From Somniosus microcephalus (lineage: Eukaryota), in contig CM126214.1 in assembly GCA_052327205.1 (NCBI GenBank), forward strand, positions 141,918,001 through 141,982,000: DNA of 64,000 nt, given 5' to 3'. The notes beneath the pieces are model-generated. The model was not told the origin of the DNA, made no database searches, and worked only from the letters and a program-made list of their open reading frames with translations. Position numbers and translations under genes: made by a program. Below, in pieces: positions 1 to 13,491 of the stretch (position 1 is the stretch's first letter; every line of letters begins with the position of its first letter).

Positions 1-135
<135 letters not shown>

Positions 136-297
136 TCAAAGCAAATATTTAGCACTGAAATGTTACATGTCTAGAATGTTTTAAGACTAGATTTGTGTAT
201 TATTTCCCTATTTCACAATCGCATTGTAAACTCTAATTTTATGTGTACAAATCTGTAGCACACCTCTGTGAGTGAACAATTGTAAAATATAATTTGA

Positions 298-303
298 AAT
301 AAA
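298..303 (+). terminator. Probable DPM1 polyadenylation signal (AATAAA)
   Basis: First AATAAA after the DPM1 stop, followed by T/GT-rich sequence. Confidence 0.55.
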
Positions 304-2214
304 TCATTCCAGTCTTTGAGTAAGTCTGCTGTTAAGTATTAATTTTGCTTGACTCATTTAATGCTAATATTTCTACTCCTTCCATAGATCATGTTGCTGT
401 AATATTTCAACCATTTTCTAACTAGTTAAAAACACAGGCGCAGCCTTACTATGATTTATCACTAACACAACTTGCCATTACCAATATTTAGCTTTTTAGT
501 TCCCAGTAAAACCAGAAAAATATGTGCTATGGTAACAGCTATTTAACACGTTCATCATATCAGATGGGATTTTAATCAAACTTCCTAAGTAATTTCCTTT
601 TAACAGATACACATCATTACCGTGGTATTTTGGTGTGTGCACATTTACATATGTAAATTGGGATATAATTGGCAATTCATTCTTCTGTTCTGAGAAACAA
701 TGTATAGAGGCAGGACATACTGAGTTACAAGGGTTTCTACGAACTTAATTTCCATATACAAAATTTCAAATTAACATAATATGTTGTATAACAATTTTGC
801 TCAAGTTTTCTGAAGGTTTCTCTCTTTTTCACTTCATTTATTCCATTTACATATGAGAGTTTGATTTACTTGGGACAATTTGTATATTATCATTCCTAGA
901 ATAACTGATCCTTCATTTTTCACAAAATTTAAATGTGCATATGTCCATGTAAACATCCATGCAAATGCAATTTCTTCTTCTATACTGTTACACCCAACAG
1001 GATCTAGGTTCATCTGTTTAATTTTAGTGTCCTTGAACACATTTATTGCCTCAATAATTCCAACCACCATATTTTTTCCCCTCTCAATCTCCTAGTGTCA
1101 TTCAGGGAACCTACTCTCAGGGCTGTCCCAGTGCCACCATAGAACTAACAGTAGGAGATGCTGTGTGTGTTTTTATTTGGTTTGTTACCTTATCCTCTAA
1201 CTGGTGAAGTTCCTGGACTCCATTTGGCACCTCCACCAATCTGGCCATGACCAGAATCTTGGCAGGAATAATAGATGGCATCACGAGTTAACAAATTTGT
1301 CAAAAATTGGTACGGGTTTTACTTTCAAGTGAGCACGCTTGGAACTCATGTATGCAGTCACTTTTTCATATTTTTCTAGTTAATTCTGTCTTCAAATAGG
1401 GTCCATAAATTTTAATCTTTCAATTTTGCATTGTTTCAGGTTATCATTGAAAACTGCACAGGTATGTTTACTGCATCGTCTCTTTGGAAAAGCAGATTGC
1501 ATGTTCACTTAACTGATCTGTGCTGTGGTTTTAAGTGGTGTTTGTGTATGCTGTAACTTAAATTCCTGACTTGTTTCGACCTCTGTTAGGTTGACCTGAA
1601 ACTTCCTTCATATTGAGTTCTGAGCTCCTTTTGATACAGGCTAAACCAAATGATTTTTTTATTCTTACCACATTTGGCCAGATACTGGTTGCCTATTGAA
1701 AATAAGCATTCTGGGACCTGTTAATATGCATTGACTGTGGGTGAGTAAACAAATTATTAACTCAACAGCTCACACATACAAAACTCTTTTGGATTTTTAC
1801 CAAACTTAATTCCTGACTATCATGATATTGCAGGTGCTTATGCAGAATGGCTACTCTAGGTACTGTCTTTGCACTGACCATGTGTCTGAAATGTGAAATG
1901 ACATTGTTGTTCCAGTGGGGTAAGTGAGCAATTATCGTATCAGCCAAGATAACCTCCACTTTCAGCCACAATGCTTGGCAGACTGCAGGCCACTTTAAAT
2001 CTTTCCAATAACCTCATTTTTGAAGACTATAAAAAGAGCACTGTTTATTTACAAGCTTCTATGTGAAGACTTCAAGAAATAGTGCTTTGTAATTTTACCC
2101 TAAATAAGGTTTTACTAATAGAGTGTAAATTTAATGAGAAGGCTGTGTGTTAGAACATGGGTTTGTGCCTGATATTCTCAATCTAGTGAGTTCACATCTC
2201 AAACACAAGCTTTA

Positions 2215-2645
2215 GAAAGAAAGAACTTGCATTTATATATCAGCTTTCACATCCTTGGGACATCATAAATCCGCATTACAAGCAATGGATTACTTTTGAA
2301 CTGCAGTCATTGTTGTTATGTAGACCAAAGTAGCAGGCAATTTATGCACAAATGACAAAATAAATGACTAGATAATCTCTTTTTGGTTGTGGTGTTTGAT
2401 GGTAGAATGTTGACCAGGACGGAGAACTCCCTGCTCTTTTTTGAATAGTGCCATAGGATATTTTACATGCATCTGAGGTGTCAGACGGGGCTTTGGTTTA
2501 ACGTCTCAGCAGAAGGATAGCACCTCTGACAATGCAACACTCGTTAGCTGTGCACTGAAGTGTCTGTATAGATTATATGCTTAAGTCCATACTGGGGCTT
2601 GAACCCATAACCTTCTGACTCAGAGAGACACGTGCTGAGTCTGAG
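2215..2645 (-). mobile_element. Deu-domain-type tRNA-derived SINE with L2-like tail (SacSINE1/AmnSINE-like), diverged
   Basis: Begins 'aaagaacttgcatttatatat' (tail on the minus strand). Core 'cagacggggctttggtttaacgtctca' aligns by eye with the copy at 40165-40553. Confidence 0.7.
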
Positions 2646-5600
2646 TTAGAAGTTTCCCACAGGGAGACAAGTGCATATGTCGTTGTGGTTAACTTGGCTG
2701 ACAAAGGTCTGGGACCAAGGCACCTGCTCACTCTTGACTGGAGAATTGCAGTGAGAGGCCAGGAAGCCCAATAAAAGGAACAAATGACTTGTATATAAAA
2801 AAGAATCTCTATTTAATTCATGTTTCATTTTTTAAACATGTCACCCAAATATACTTTGAGTTCAGCTCCAATCCCCAGAATTGCCTCAGTGCTCTTCTCC
2901 CGTTTATTATTGTTAGTACTGCACTCAGCATGTTCTTTGTGGTCTGGACAACATTACAGTAAACTAACAGAAGGTACATGTTAAAGTGGCAACGGTGACT
3001 TGCCTTCCAATTTTTCCTTCCTCCCTATAAAGTAGTACCCACTTAATGCTTAGAACCTCTTCAAATGAGATCGAGGAACTACATGTCCAAACCATCTTAA
3101 CATTTAATCGAGTGCACTGTGTTCTTAAAACAAAAAAATTACAGGAGGCCACGCTAGGGATATGATCACAAATATATCTGTATCAGAACACCTAGAGTTT
3201 CTGATCCACTGAAAATGAGACACCTGGTCATATTCTAAACAAAACTACAACACTACAGAGACTTTAAAATAGGAAATGGACAGGCTGGGTGGTGGTAAAG
3301 AATGTTGGAGTCCGAATGCAATGGCCATGAATGGTAGGCTGTGGATATATGTTTACGATCCTCCAAGCTGAGTTCCTAACCTTCCACTGTACTGTTGTGG
3401 GGAGGCATTCAACAAACTCAAAAACTTTCCAACAAAGAGCAATACAATGGTAATAGCCGTCTAAAGTCATACCTATGCACTGTTGGTGGAGCCAGAGTAG
3501 CCTGTAAGTTGCTTGTTCTCTCCAGAAGTATATGTGATGCCAACTAATAAAAGGTGATAGAGAATTTTTTGAGGCCTCACTTTTCTTCCCATTCTCTCCC
3601 CCCCCCTCTAAAAAAGCTAGGTTTGTCAAATAGTAAAACTCGTTTGCTCTGATTGTTGGTTAGCTCACTGAAATTATTACAGTTATAACAGTTACTTTAT
3701 AATCACTACTTGTGTCAACACTAGTGTAGTACAGTACTTTGTATTTTTTGTGTTCAAGTACAAATAGTATTTTGTTTACTGAAGCACTACAATGGCATGT
3801 ACAACCTTTGAGTATCTGAATTCTTATAGGCCAGTTATACCAGCACTTTTGCCTTGATGCAAAGCAGTTTGAGATGAGCATTGACACAAAATCCTTAATT
3901 TAGCTTGGGTGTCAGTCAGGTTGTAGATCTGACTGCAGACAAGGGTCCAGGAGGTGGTTTCACACCGGCTGCAGTCTATTTCCAGTCTATACTGGTCAAA
4001 ATGTATCATTTCATTGAGTCAAAAAATATCAAAAATCAAAAATGGTTTTGGCCTCATCATACTAGGGTTCAAAATGAAAACAGAAATACTTAAATGACAA
4101 TTGATGTATGCATAAAAACTAAGCAGTATTCTTGTGAGTTTTTCAAGTGACTTTTCACCACTTAAAAGTGAATGCTATAACTTATTTACATCAACTCTAT
4201 ACCAGGAGAAGAACTTGCAGACCGTGATGGTATGTATCGGGAGAAAGTTACCAGAATTAAAACCAACAGTTGTCAAATTTTGGAGATTTAAATAATCTTT
4301 AACCTGCTTTTGTTTTCTTAGACATGAATAAAACTAATCATCTGAGCCAACTCAACATGCTCTCCTCAGTTGGGTCATCTAAATGTAATTTGGAGGTAAA
4401 TTGGTATTTGATTGAGGAGGGACTGTTGAGCATTTGAAAAAAAAATTTCCTCTAGGTTAGTTTACAGTCAAAACTTCAGTGAAAACTAGAAGTGCCAATG
4501 TCTTTATTTTGATTCTTCCTTTAAGGGAAAGTTTTAATCAGATTTGGCATGTTACATATTGGGGCATAAGCAGGCATACCCACTGGGTACAAGTCTGCAC
4601 GTTTTTAAAAATAATATGCAGTGGCAGTTTGGCTATCCAAGGAATCTAGCCACAAGGCGACTGCAATCCCTGATTTTCTCACTGCTGATGCGAACTACAG
4701 TTTTGCTCCAAGGAGCGGAACTTGTGCTGTGGACTGCAAGTGGGAATTTCTGATCTTGTGATAGACCATTCTCACCTCCAGCATAGTGTCTGTTCCTGGA
4801 ACGAAGCAGTAACGTCAGGTAGAAGTTGCAGCTCCAGTGAGAAGACCACTAAGGGAGAGAGAAGGAGGGTGGGGAGAGGAGCCGAGGCATGAGGGGCTTC
4901 TGTGAAGGGAAGAGAAACTGTTCAAGTAGTTTTTGAGGAAGTGATGGTCTGGTTGGCAGTTGCATATGAATAAACCTAAATGTCACTTTTTACCCTTAAT
5001 GTTTAAGATTAAGAGTCTATCAATTGTGGTTAATTGTCTAAAAATTAGCCAGAGTCCACCATTTTAATGTACAAATACAAACATTTCTGGTGGAACATGT
5101 CCCTGGACTCCCTCGATGGAGTGGATGCAAGGGACACCATTTAGAAGGAGGGTGTACAATTCTAAGTTTGTTGCCTATGTTTTTCTTTCACATCACTTTG
5201 TTCTTAATCTTTGTATGAAAATTCCAACATTTTGAAATTATAGAGAATAAAATAAATTTCAGACTCTCAAAGCCACATAATATTGAAATTTTCACATAGG
5301 ATTTTAGAAGAGATCCTTATCATTTGAATTGAGGCATAACCTGACAACATTTATGAAACTCCCTTTTTAATGTAAATCACTTATTTTTCTTGGGATAATT
5401 TACAATTACTCAAGTATAGGTACTTCCTCAATGCACATGGTGAGTTCAGGCTGGAAGATAGACATCAAATACCAGTCAGTTTCTGCTAGTTTAGGACAAG
5501 TTCACATTATTGATGTATCCCATTTGTGTTCTCTTTAAAATATCATAAGCTAACATTAAAGACATTGCATGTTGACTTACAAATGCCATCATATTTTTAA

Positions 5601-6199
5601 ACAATTATTTCATACAACAGGTGGCACTGGTAGATTGTTATTGGTAAAGTTGTAATTTGTAGAAATCCTTTTACATTTTCAAAATTATCTCTTAACCACT
5701 GGTAGATGCATTCTACCAGTAAAAAGCTACGTGTCTCCCATAACCATTTTAAAGCAGATACAAAACATTTTCACCTACAGCTGTCATTGGAACCATTACA
5801 AAATCCACAATCCATTTAATTTCAGATAAGGTATTCTGAAATAGCTGGTACGGAAGAATCAGTGTTCTTTGTAAATAAAAAGTCTTGCGCAGGTTTTGTT
5901 ACAATTGCTTATGCTCAGCTTCCAGCTGCAAGAATATCTTCGTACTTTTGAAGGAATTGCATATTGATGTAATAAATGTCACATCACTTTCACCATGTAT
6001 CATATAATAGTGAATATGAGTCCATATTTCAGAGTGAAAAGGTTAAGTTAGTTAACACGGCTTTTTCATTGAAAACTATGCTATGTTAAAACTTGTGGTG
6101 TGGTGGTGAACCTCCATTACCTTGTCATTTGTATACATGATAACTTGAGACATTGACCATCAAAGGATAGCTTTAATAGCATATTACATGATTACATTT

Positions 6200-6338
6200 G
6201 CAAGATAAAGGAGTGAAGGTTTATGGGGAGCGGGCAGGGAACTGGCTTTGAGCCAAAGATCAGCCATGATCTTATTGAATGGCGGAGCAGGCTCGATGGG
6301 CCAAGTGGCCTATTCCTGCTCTTTCTTATGTTCTTATC
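6200..6338 (+). mobile_element. CR1 LINE 3' terminal fragment
   Basis: 'gatcagccatgatcttattgaatggcggagcaggctcga...cctgctctttcttatgttcttat' matches the 3' ends of the longer CR1 copies in this window. Confidence 0.85.
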
Positions 6339-6659
6339 CCTCACCATGTAACTGTTGGACAGTCTAATTTCTTACCATTCATAAGTGGCTACCATGCATT
6401 TCAAACTACTCAAACATTGGGCGTTCATGATGAGTTGAATGGTACAATGCTTCATCTTTCCATAGCTAACTGAAGATACTTAAGTTTGCAACTGTTTTTA
6501 GATCTATGTGACCCAATGACTTGCTTAAATAAGGCATATCACATGTCTAAAGTAGCTGCACCCCAAAGTTTGAACATTTGCATAATGGTCCTTGTTTGTC
6601 AAGTGCAACTTTCTGGTGTGACAAAATGGCTAACTTCCCACCAACATCTCAGAAAGTAG

Positions 6660-7480
6660 TGCTGGACCAGTCGTGAGGCGCAGTGATAGCCCAAATGCTG
6701 AATCAGGTGGTGTGCACATATGTGTGCTTCGGTCTGTGAGTGCACGCCGAGCAGATGGAGGCGCCAGATGCCCTAGTTCGCATCTGCGCAGTTGTGTGCC
6801 TCGCCAGCAACTAAAGGGCGGGTGATAGGTAGCGCCCCCTGTTGGAAGCTTAGGAGCCTCGTTTTCACACGCCTTGCTCCAATTCTCGCGAGAATACAGC
6901 AAGGGTGCTTATGCAACATGAACTATTCCTATTATTACACCAACTTTGCCCCTTTTAACCACTTTTAGCAGAAATGGGACTAACAATAGGGGGCAATAAC
7001 CTCGAAGTTTGGGGGAATTGCCCTCAAAGTAATGCTCAACTCTGCTCTCTATTGGACAATAGTCCCCTATGCAAATAAAGTGCACACGTCACTTCCGTTC
7101 TTTCTCGGACGCCATTTTGGCCAGGGAAGGCTCAGTGAATTATTGTCCGAAAGCAATTGAATTTTTCCCCCCTTTCTTCCCTTCGAGGTTTGCGCCTCCA
7201 AAAGTTTTCGATCAGAAAAAAAGTTTGCTCAGTCGGTTTAAGTTTTTTTTTAATCCAGAAGCCGTTCGTTCGGTGGCGTTCAGTTGTCTTTTCTTCCCCC
7301 CTCCTCTCTCTCAAAAAAGAGCTCCCTCTTTCAGTGAGCGCTGGAAGCACCGCCGCGGCCGCCGCTCGGGGTTGATGTGAGGAGATTGAAGCGGCAGCAG
7401 GAGGAGGAGGCCCTTTGTTTGCGGCTCGCGCTCTTCTCTCACTGCTGCCGGTTCGGCCGACCGGCTCGCGCTTAACTGAA
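6660..7480 (+). promoter_or_regulatory. CpG-island promoter of ADNP
   Basis: Marked CpG/GC enrichment against an AT-rich, CpG-poor background. Motifs: CTCF-like 6830-6845, TCTCGCGAGA 6884-6893, ATTGG 7051-7055, octamer ATGCAAAT 7069-7076, ETS CACTTCCG 7090-7097, YY1 CGCCATTTT 7110-7118. Confidence 0.85.
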
Positions 7481-7508
7481 CAATTAAAACAAAATAAGAA
7501 AACAAAAG
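7095..7508 (+). other. ADNP: Probable non-coding first exon of ADNP (start approximate)
   Basis: Runs from the ETS/YY1 core through the CpG island to a strong donor 'AAG|gtgaga' at 7508/7509. The TSS cannot be fixed from sequence alone. Confidence 0.65.
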
Positions 7509-8907
7509 GTGAGAACATTTTTTTAAATATATATATAAAGTCTATTACCGAGATCTGATCTTACGATTGCAAATAATTATTTAAAAAAAAAACAAACCGA
7601 TTGCATTTTGCAAAAAAAAATTTGGGTGGAAAAAAAACTGGAGCAATGTGTGTGATGCATGCAGGTAGTTCTCCTTTATCTTTGTCCAGATATAAAGTAC
7701 CGATTGCTAAAGATGCATCGACCTAAGGTACAGAGATCCATCTGCAACGATTGCTTTATCCTATTTGTATGTATGTTGCCTATTTGCATGATTAAAAAAT
7801 ACACACACACCAGGATTTTTGCTTAATTTGACAAATGCACAATTTGTTAGCAGAAATTAGTTGTACTAACCCAACATTTGTAATTGCAGTCGATCATTTG
7901 TGTTTATTGTATTTCAAAGCTAGGTGCGGGTTCAGATATTAGTATAATTTACTATGTATCGATTTGATGCATATGTGATGGGTCAAGTCACCCAATCGAT
8001 GCTAGTGTTACCTTTCCTAATCGCGGAATACAATATTACCTAAAAGTATGTCTCGAACTAGATGGATCGAGGCATTTTAGGGCTTTTTTCTAGAGGTTTT
8101 TAGGGTTGTTTGAGCCACCGGTAAATTAGTTCTGTTAATTTCGAGCTCCTTCGAAATCTTCGCTGTTTCGGATGCCTAAAATGTAAAATAGTAATTGTCA
8201 CCGGCTATTCTGTGTGTGCCATCGGTGGTGAATCTGATCGAACATTTGTTTACACATTTGCTCAATACCTTTTCTAGTGCTCTATGGTCTTTAGACAGCA
8301 TGCTCAACCAATCCAGACAGCAAGAAACGCCCTAGACAGAAGACGGGGTGGATGGAAACTGTGATTTAATTTATTTGTAATTTACATATAGGGATTCACG
8401 TGAGTTCACTCGGTGACAATTCTGGATATTTTATGATGCTGATAATATTAGGGATGGTATAAGTTGATGGCGATAATGTTAAAATGTGCACCTCTGGACC
8501 GGTTGCCGGCTGTGACGTTGCTGTAAAATGGCGCGAGTACTGCTCCACTGCAGACATGAATAGATTTAGGGATTCCCAGTTTTGTAATTGCTTAAGTAGA
8601 AATATTTGGCACGTGTTCTTTGAAGAAATCTTATCGGGACCCAACTGTTATCAGGTCCTTTATGTTGCAAACCACGGCACCGAAATGCAGGAAAATGCAT
8701 TTAGAAATGTTTTGCATCAAATGAAATAGTTTAATTTTTTCTAGACCTTGGGTTAGAAATTATTTTTTTAAATAAATTTAAGTTGGAATGGTGCTTATTT
8801 TCTATACAGTAAGCTAATGGCAAAACATTTTTCCACTTCTTGCGTGCACAGCCGCCCCCACCCATGTTGTAGTGCAGCCATGCAGAGAATGAAAATCAAT
8901 ATTCGGT

Positions 8908-9028
8908 GCAGCAGGAGGCGCTCTTCAGAGGCTGGTTTTGAGGCTTCAGATGCAGGATAAGGAGCTGTTAGTGAAAGAAGTGCTCCATTAGAAAATGCTG
9001 GCGCTCCCAGTACAGCGCCACCTGTAGC
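8908..9028. promoter_or_regulatory. Convergent pair of CTCF-like motifs in ADNP intron 1
   Basis: GCAGCAGGAGGCGCTC (8908-8923, +) and GCTACAGGTGGCGCTG (9013-9028, -) resemble the CCASYAGRKGGCRS consensus. Confidence 0.5.
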
Positions 9029-10524
9029 TTAGGCGCCGAATTCGGTGACTGAAAACTTAGGGTTACATACAAAACACAGGCTGACATAATGTATGCAATT
9101 ACTTTAATAAACCAAAATTTCACCAGATGTATGTTTCCATTGGTACTGTTTCAGGAATATGCAATGCAATGATTACTTCTGACTAAGCTGCATGTACAAA
9201 TTATCCATATTACTGAAACCCCAAGTCTTTGTGTAACTAGATGCTTAGTGATAACCAGTGCAAGGCAAAATGTGCATCAGTGAAAAATGATGGTAAATGA
9301 AATTAAGTGTATTTGGGCATTACTTAAAGAATGACTGAATCAAGTTGTGTTTGTAGTGACCAGCCAACTCAGCCAAGGAATTGGTTCTGGTTGATTAGAA
9401 CCAATCATCCAAGTAAAGCATATGTGACTTGTAGCATGATGGTTTGAGTTGGATGTTGCAAAAGGTGAGCATCAAAATTACTTGGCTTAGTGAGATATAG
9501 AAATTCCTGTTTAGTTATAATTGGCATAGTAATCAAACCTGTTGCTGTTTGCCATAAGGTTATTTTCTTAATGTGCAATCCTTAATTAGGGGGTACTGGG
9601 AAGTTGTTCTGATGGCACCCCTGTGCCACTCCATCAGCTTGAATAGAATAGGACAAATATCTCATGTCCTTTTAGCTGGGAATCATCTTTAGATTCAGGT
9701 ATTTAGTCACATTTTAGTTCTATTTGCTTAGGCAAATTTAAACTAGTTGGTCACTTTTTTCAAAAAAAACAATTTAGGTTGCTACATAGTCCACAATAGT
9801 TTACTGTACTTTTATAAAGAACTACAGGATAAGGCACACTAGATCTGATTTAACAAGATATATAACCTTTTGCACAGCAAGATGTGATTCAAATCAAAAG
9901 CCTTGAATCCAGTGTTGTAGCAATTTGTAATATTTCACATTGCTGTGGATGTAGGTTGCATTAATAGGAGAGAATGATATGCCAATCCTTTTGTAAATGT
10001 AAAGACTTACAATTTTAAGTTAAAGCTGTAGGTGGTATGGTTCCACTTGTTTTTTATTTTTATAATTCTTCATTGACATGGATCCCGTATTATGTTTGGG
10101 AAGCTTCACAAAGACAAAAAAGTGTAGATTTTGTTTCAGGTCAAATACGTTAGGATTTTGAAGTGAATCACAAGTACATACTAGTCACCATTTGCCTCCA
10201 GCACAAGTTCTGTTTTCAGTAGTGATGCGCACAATTTCTTTGTACTTTGTTATTTTCTTCCTTTCCTTCCTGTATGAATGCACAAGGTTTCATAATGCAT
10301 TGTGAGCTCTGTTTCAATTCTTGCAGTAGAGTTTATTGTAGAGGAAATTGTACTCTGAAAATGTACGAAGGAAGTGTACTATGGTTATATGGAGGGGGAC
10401 TTTATTTTACATGGCTTTTTAAATTATTGTACACATGCATCTGTTTTTATAAAACCTTTTCTCTATTTTTTGCCTTTTTTTGAAGATGCTGACTTGTGCT
10501 GAGGTATGATACTAGGTGGGTTGG

Positions 10525-10845
10525 CTGCCCTTTAGTATCTAGACCAAATGGTTATTTTTCACAATGAACTTTACAGGTTATTTGACTGGGGCTTCATAGC
10601 TAAGGCTGATCTTAGTGACACCTGATATGTGTACTTTCCAACAGGGATTACTGGGAAGTAGTCCGGAGTGGGAAGCTGGTGACTCTCTTTCCCCCCACAC
10701 ACACACAAGCTCGGAGTGAAATAATTGTAATAGTTCTACTAATGCCTGGCTGAGAATAGCTAACTTGGCACATATTTGTGGTCAAACCTGAGACACATCT
10801 AGCCTGTATAGCTCAGTCACGCTGCTTTACCAACTGAACCATTGC
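10525..10845 (-). mobile_element. LF-SINE-like element, diverged
   Basis: Reverse complement follows the LF-SINE layout ('ctgagctatacag...caggtttgacc...gttagctattctcagccagg...actacttcccagtaatccctgttggaaagt'). Similar to 24480-24815 and 58670-58965. Confidence 0.6.
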
Positions 10846-12957
10846 CGAAGAGCTAATTCTTAAATTCCATGTATGCATTATTTTTAACCATTGGGCTACT
10901 GGCAGCTCCAGGGAATTGCAAGGTTCCTGGTTACTTTGTTTGCCGATCGCACTTTGGTGGCAAAACAAATGCTAATGTATAGCAATATAAAGCAGCTGTT
11001 CTGGTGTCGGGATATATTTTACTGCTGTAATATTATCTTTATGCTGCTATAATCAGTTTTAAATATTTCTCAAATTCTTTACTTAGCCCATTTCCCCATA
11101 AATTCTTTTCAGCTTTATTTCTAATAAGTAGCATTTTATTTTTTCTAATTTAAGAATTGTTTTCCTGAGCTATTTTGGAGGGGTATATTTAAAATTGGGT
11201 TTTGGCTGCAAACCTACTAGAGATGGGCTAGAAAAACACAGTTGAGCACAGCAATTTAGGACTAACTTGCTGCTGCCATTGATGTGATACAGTTGACTTT
11301 TGATGAGTTCTTCAAGCATCAAATGAGTTCATGGCCTCAGCAGTGGAATTTCACCATGACGAGAGAACTCATTGTTAGTGCTCCAAGGGTTACACAGATG
11401 GGACTTATTGAAAACATATAGTTAACCTTATCTTTTTTAAGTCTTAAAATTAAAATTAAGCTCACAATCTAGCATCATGTTCCTTCATCTTGTAACTAGT
11501 TAATTTCTGCTTCTCAAGTAAGTTCTAATTTTCACCTTGGGCTCAGATAATTAAAAGAGTAGATTAAGTGCAGAGATAGTGTTTCATTAATAGTGGAAGG
11601 TCTGAATATTAACTTTGTTGCCATTCTAAGTAAAACATCCATTTCATTAAAAAGCTCTGATTATTGGAAGTTCTGTACTATGCTTGTGCTTCCAACATTC
11701 GAATACTGTATTGCGCAATCATCAAAAAATGATGCACCTTAAAAAGATGAGGTATTGCTGTGGTCGTTTCACTTGTGGCAGGGCGGGATTACTGTAATAG
11801 TACTTCCAGCATCATAGAAGGGGGAGTTCATGGGATGGATGTAAGATCTGATACCTTTGGCTTATGGAGATGTGTCTCTATATATGATTAGAGACTGCTG
11901 GTGGCAAGGGAATTACAGTTGATGCATTACTTACCTAGTAGCAGTATATGTCAAACTCCTTTTTAAGTGATTGTCTATAGTGATCTGTAAACTTCAGACT
12001 GATCTCTTTTGTAGTAGAATATAACTATTCTAGGACAACTTGGATTCATTGCACTGGCTGTACTGTTACAGATGAAAAAATAATTTCATAAATATAATCT
12101 AGCACCAAGTCCAGCAGTTTAAATGCATTTTAAGAACAAAGTGTTGGGTCTTGGAGCTTGAGAATTAATTAAATTAAGCTGAAAAATTGACAGGTTCTGG
12201 TCCCGAAAGTTAGAATGTGAATACTTTTTAATGTACAGTGGGAGTCTGCAATGTGTATGGGCTACAAATGACTGCTTTTCCATGTTCTCTATTGGGGAAA
12301 GTGGAAAATTTGCAGTGTTGGGGGAGGGGTGAGGTGGTTGTTCAGTTATAAACCTAACCAGGAGTGGTGGTAGTTAGAAAATGAAAGTTTTAAAAGTTGC
12401 TAGTAAAAACGAATTATTTTTGAAGTAGTTATGCAGGTGAAATGCATTAGTTGGTGTACATTGTTTGTTGCTATCTGACCACTCTGTAGTTTGCAGTCTG
12501 TGGTATAACTGAGCTTGGAAGCATTTAAAACCCTCTAAACAGTAAGGAGGAAGTAGAGATTTTATATAATATCTTCACATTTATGATTTGGTACAACTAG
12601 CAAACAGGAAATTTGCTTCATTGCTTTGTAAGTAGGTGTGTCTAAATGTGTTTAGCATTATGTCCTTATGCACCTTTTAAAATTATGTGCATTTGTGTGG
12701 TAGCATGCCATACTGGTTTTGCTCAGACTTGGAATGTGAAAGTTAGTTGCTTCAGGGGATGGGATGTGGTTAATGTACATTTACGTTCCCTCAGAGATTG
12801 AAAACCTACTAAGCTTAAACATAATGATTTGCAGTGACCAAATCAAGTGGGATGTAATGATAGGACAACTCTGCGCCAATGTGAATTTCTTCTATTGGAA
12901 CGAAAATCCCAGGTTTAATCCTTGCTTTGTAAAGTTAATCTCATCCGGTACAGCAAC

Positions 12958-13160
12958 GGGTGTCTTACAGTTGCCCTAACTGCTCTAGATAAGGGTAGGA
13001 AAATATTGGGCAGAGTTCCTGTCCCCGATCATTTTCCAGTAACTCCTTATTGGTTTGTGTGTGTGTATGCATGCACGCCTGGTGAGGATGAGATTGTACT
13101 TGGCTAATGTTCCTGCTCTTGATCACTATCCAGTGAACCCTAAAGGGAAGTGCCCGTATG
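12958..13160 (+). mobile_element. LF-SINE-like fragment with an internal duplicated segment, abutting a MITE
   Basis: 'gttcctgtccccgatcattttccagtaac' and 'gttcctgctcttgatcactatccagtgaac' are two copies of the same LF-SINE core segment. The sequence ends at the MITE's TA. Confidence 0.5.
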
Positions 13161-13162
13161 TA

Positions 13163-13491
13163 CAGGAAACTTCGCGATATCCGGCACCGACGTGATGCCG
13201 ATCTATGGAAACTTCCGGACCGACCAGTGCTAATGTTGAAGGATACGGAGGTTTTCATCTTCGTATCTGACAACAAACACTGTTGCTTAGCAACAGCTTG
13301 TAGACAGTCGGCCCGTACCTTGGAAGTGTCTCTGTAGCTTAACAACAGCTTCAGAGAGGCTTTCCAGAGACTGACTGACTTTAAAAAAAATGCTAGGAGA
13401 AGGAAAAAAAACCTAACAAAACGGCTGCTGATTTCTGCCGTTGGATCGAGGTTTCCAGACATACAACCTCCGGATAAACCAAAGTTTCCTG
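13163..13491. mobile_element. Tc1/mariner-pogo (Tigger-like) MITE, family A copy 1
   Basis: TA flanks at 13161-13162 and 13492-13493. TIRs CAGGAAACTTCGCGATATCCGG / CCGGATAAACCAAAGTTTCCTG. Homologous along its length to 17492-17825. Confidence 0.85.

Noticed and set aside
5698-5720. Short hairpin actggtaga-tgcat-tctaccagt
   Set aside because: 9-bp arms can arise by chance in 64 kb, and there is no supporting context.
7069-7518. Several overlapping 64-128-aa ORFs in the CpG island
   Set aside because: Expected in GC-rich, stop-poor promoter/5' UTR sequence. The translations are low-complexity and show no homology I recognise.
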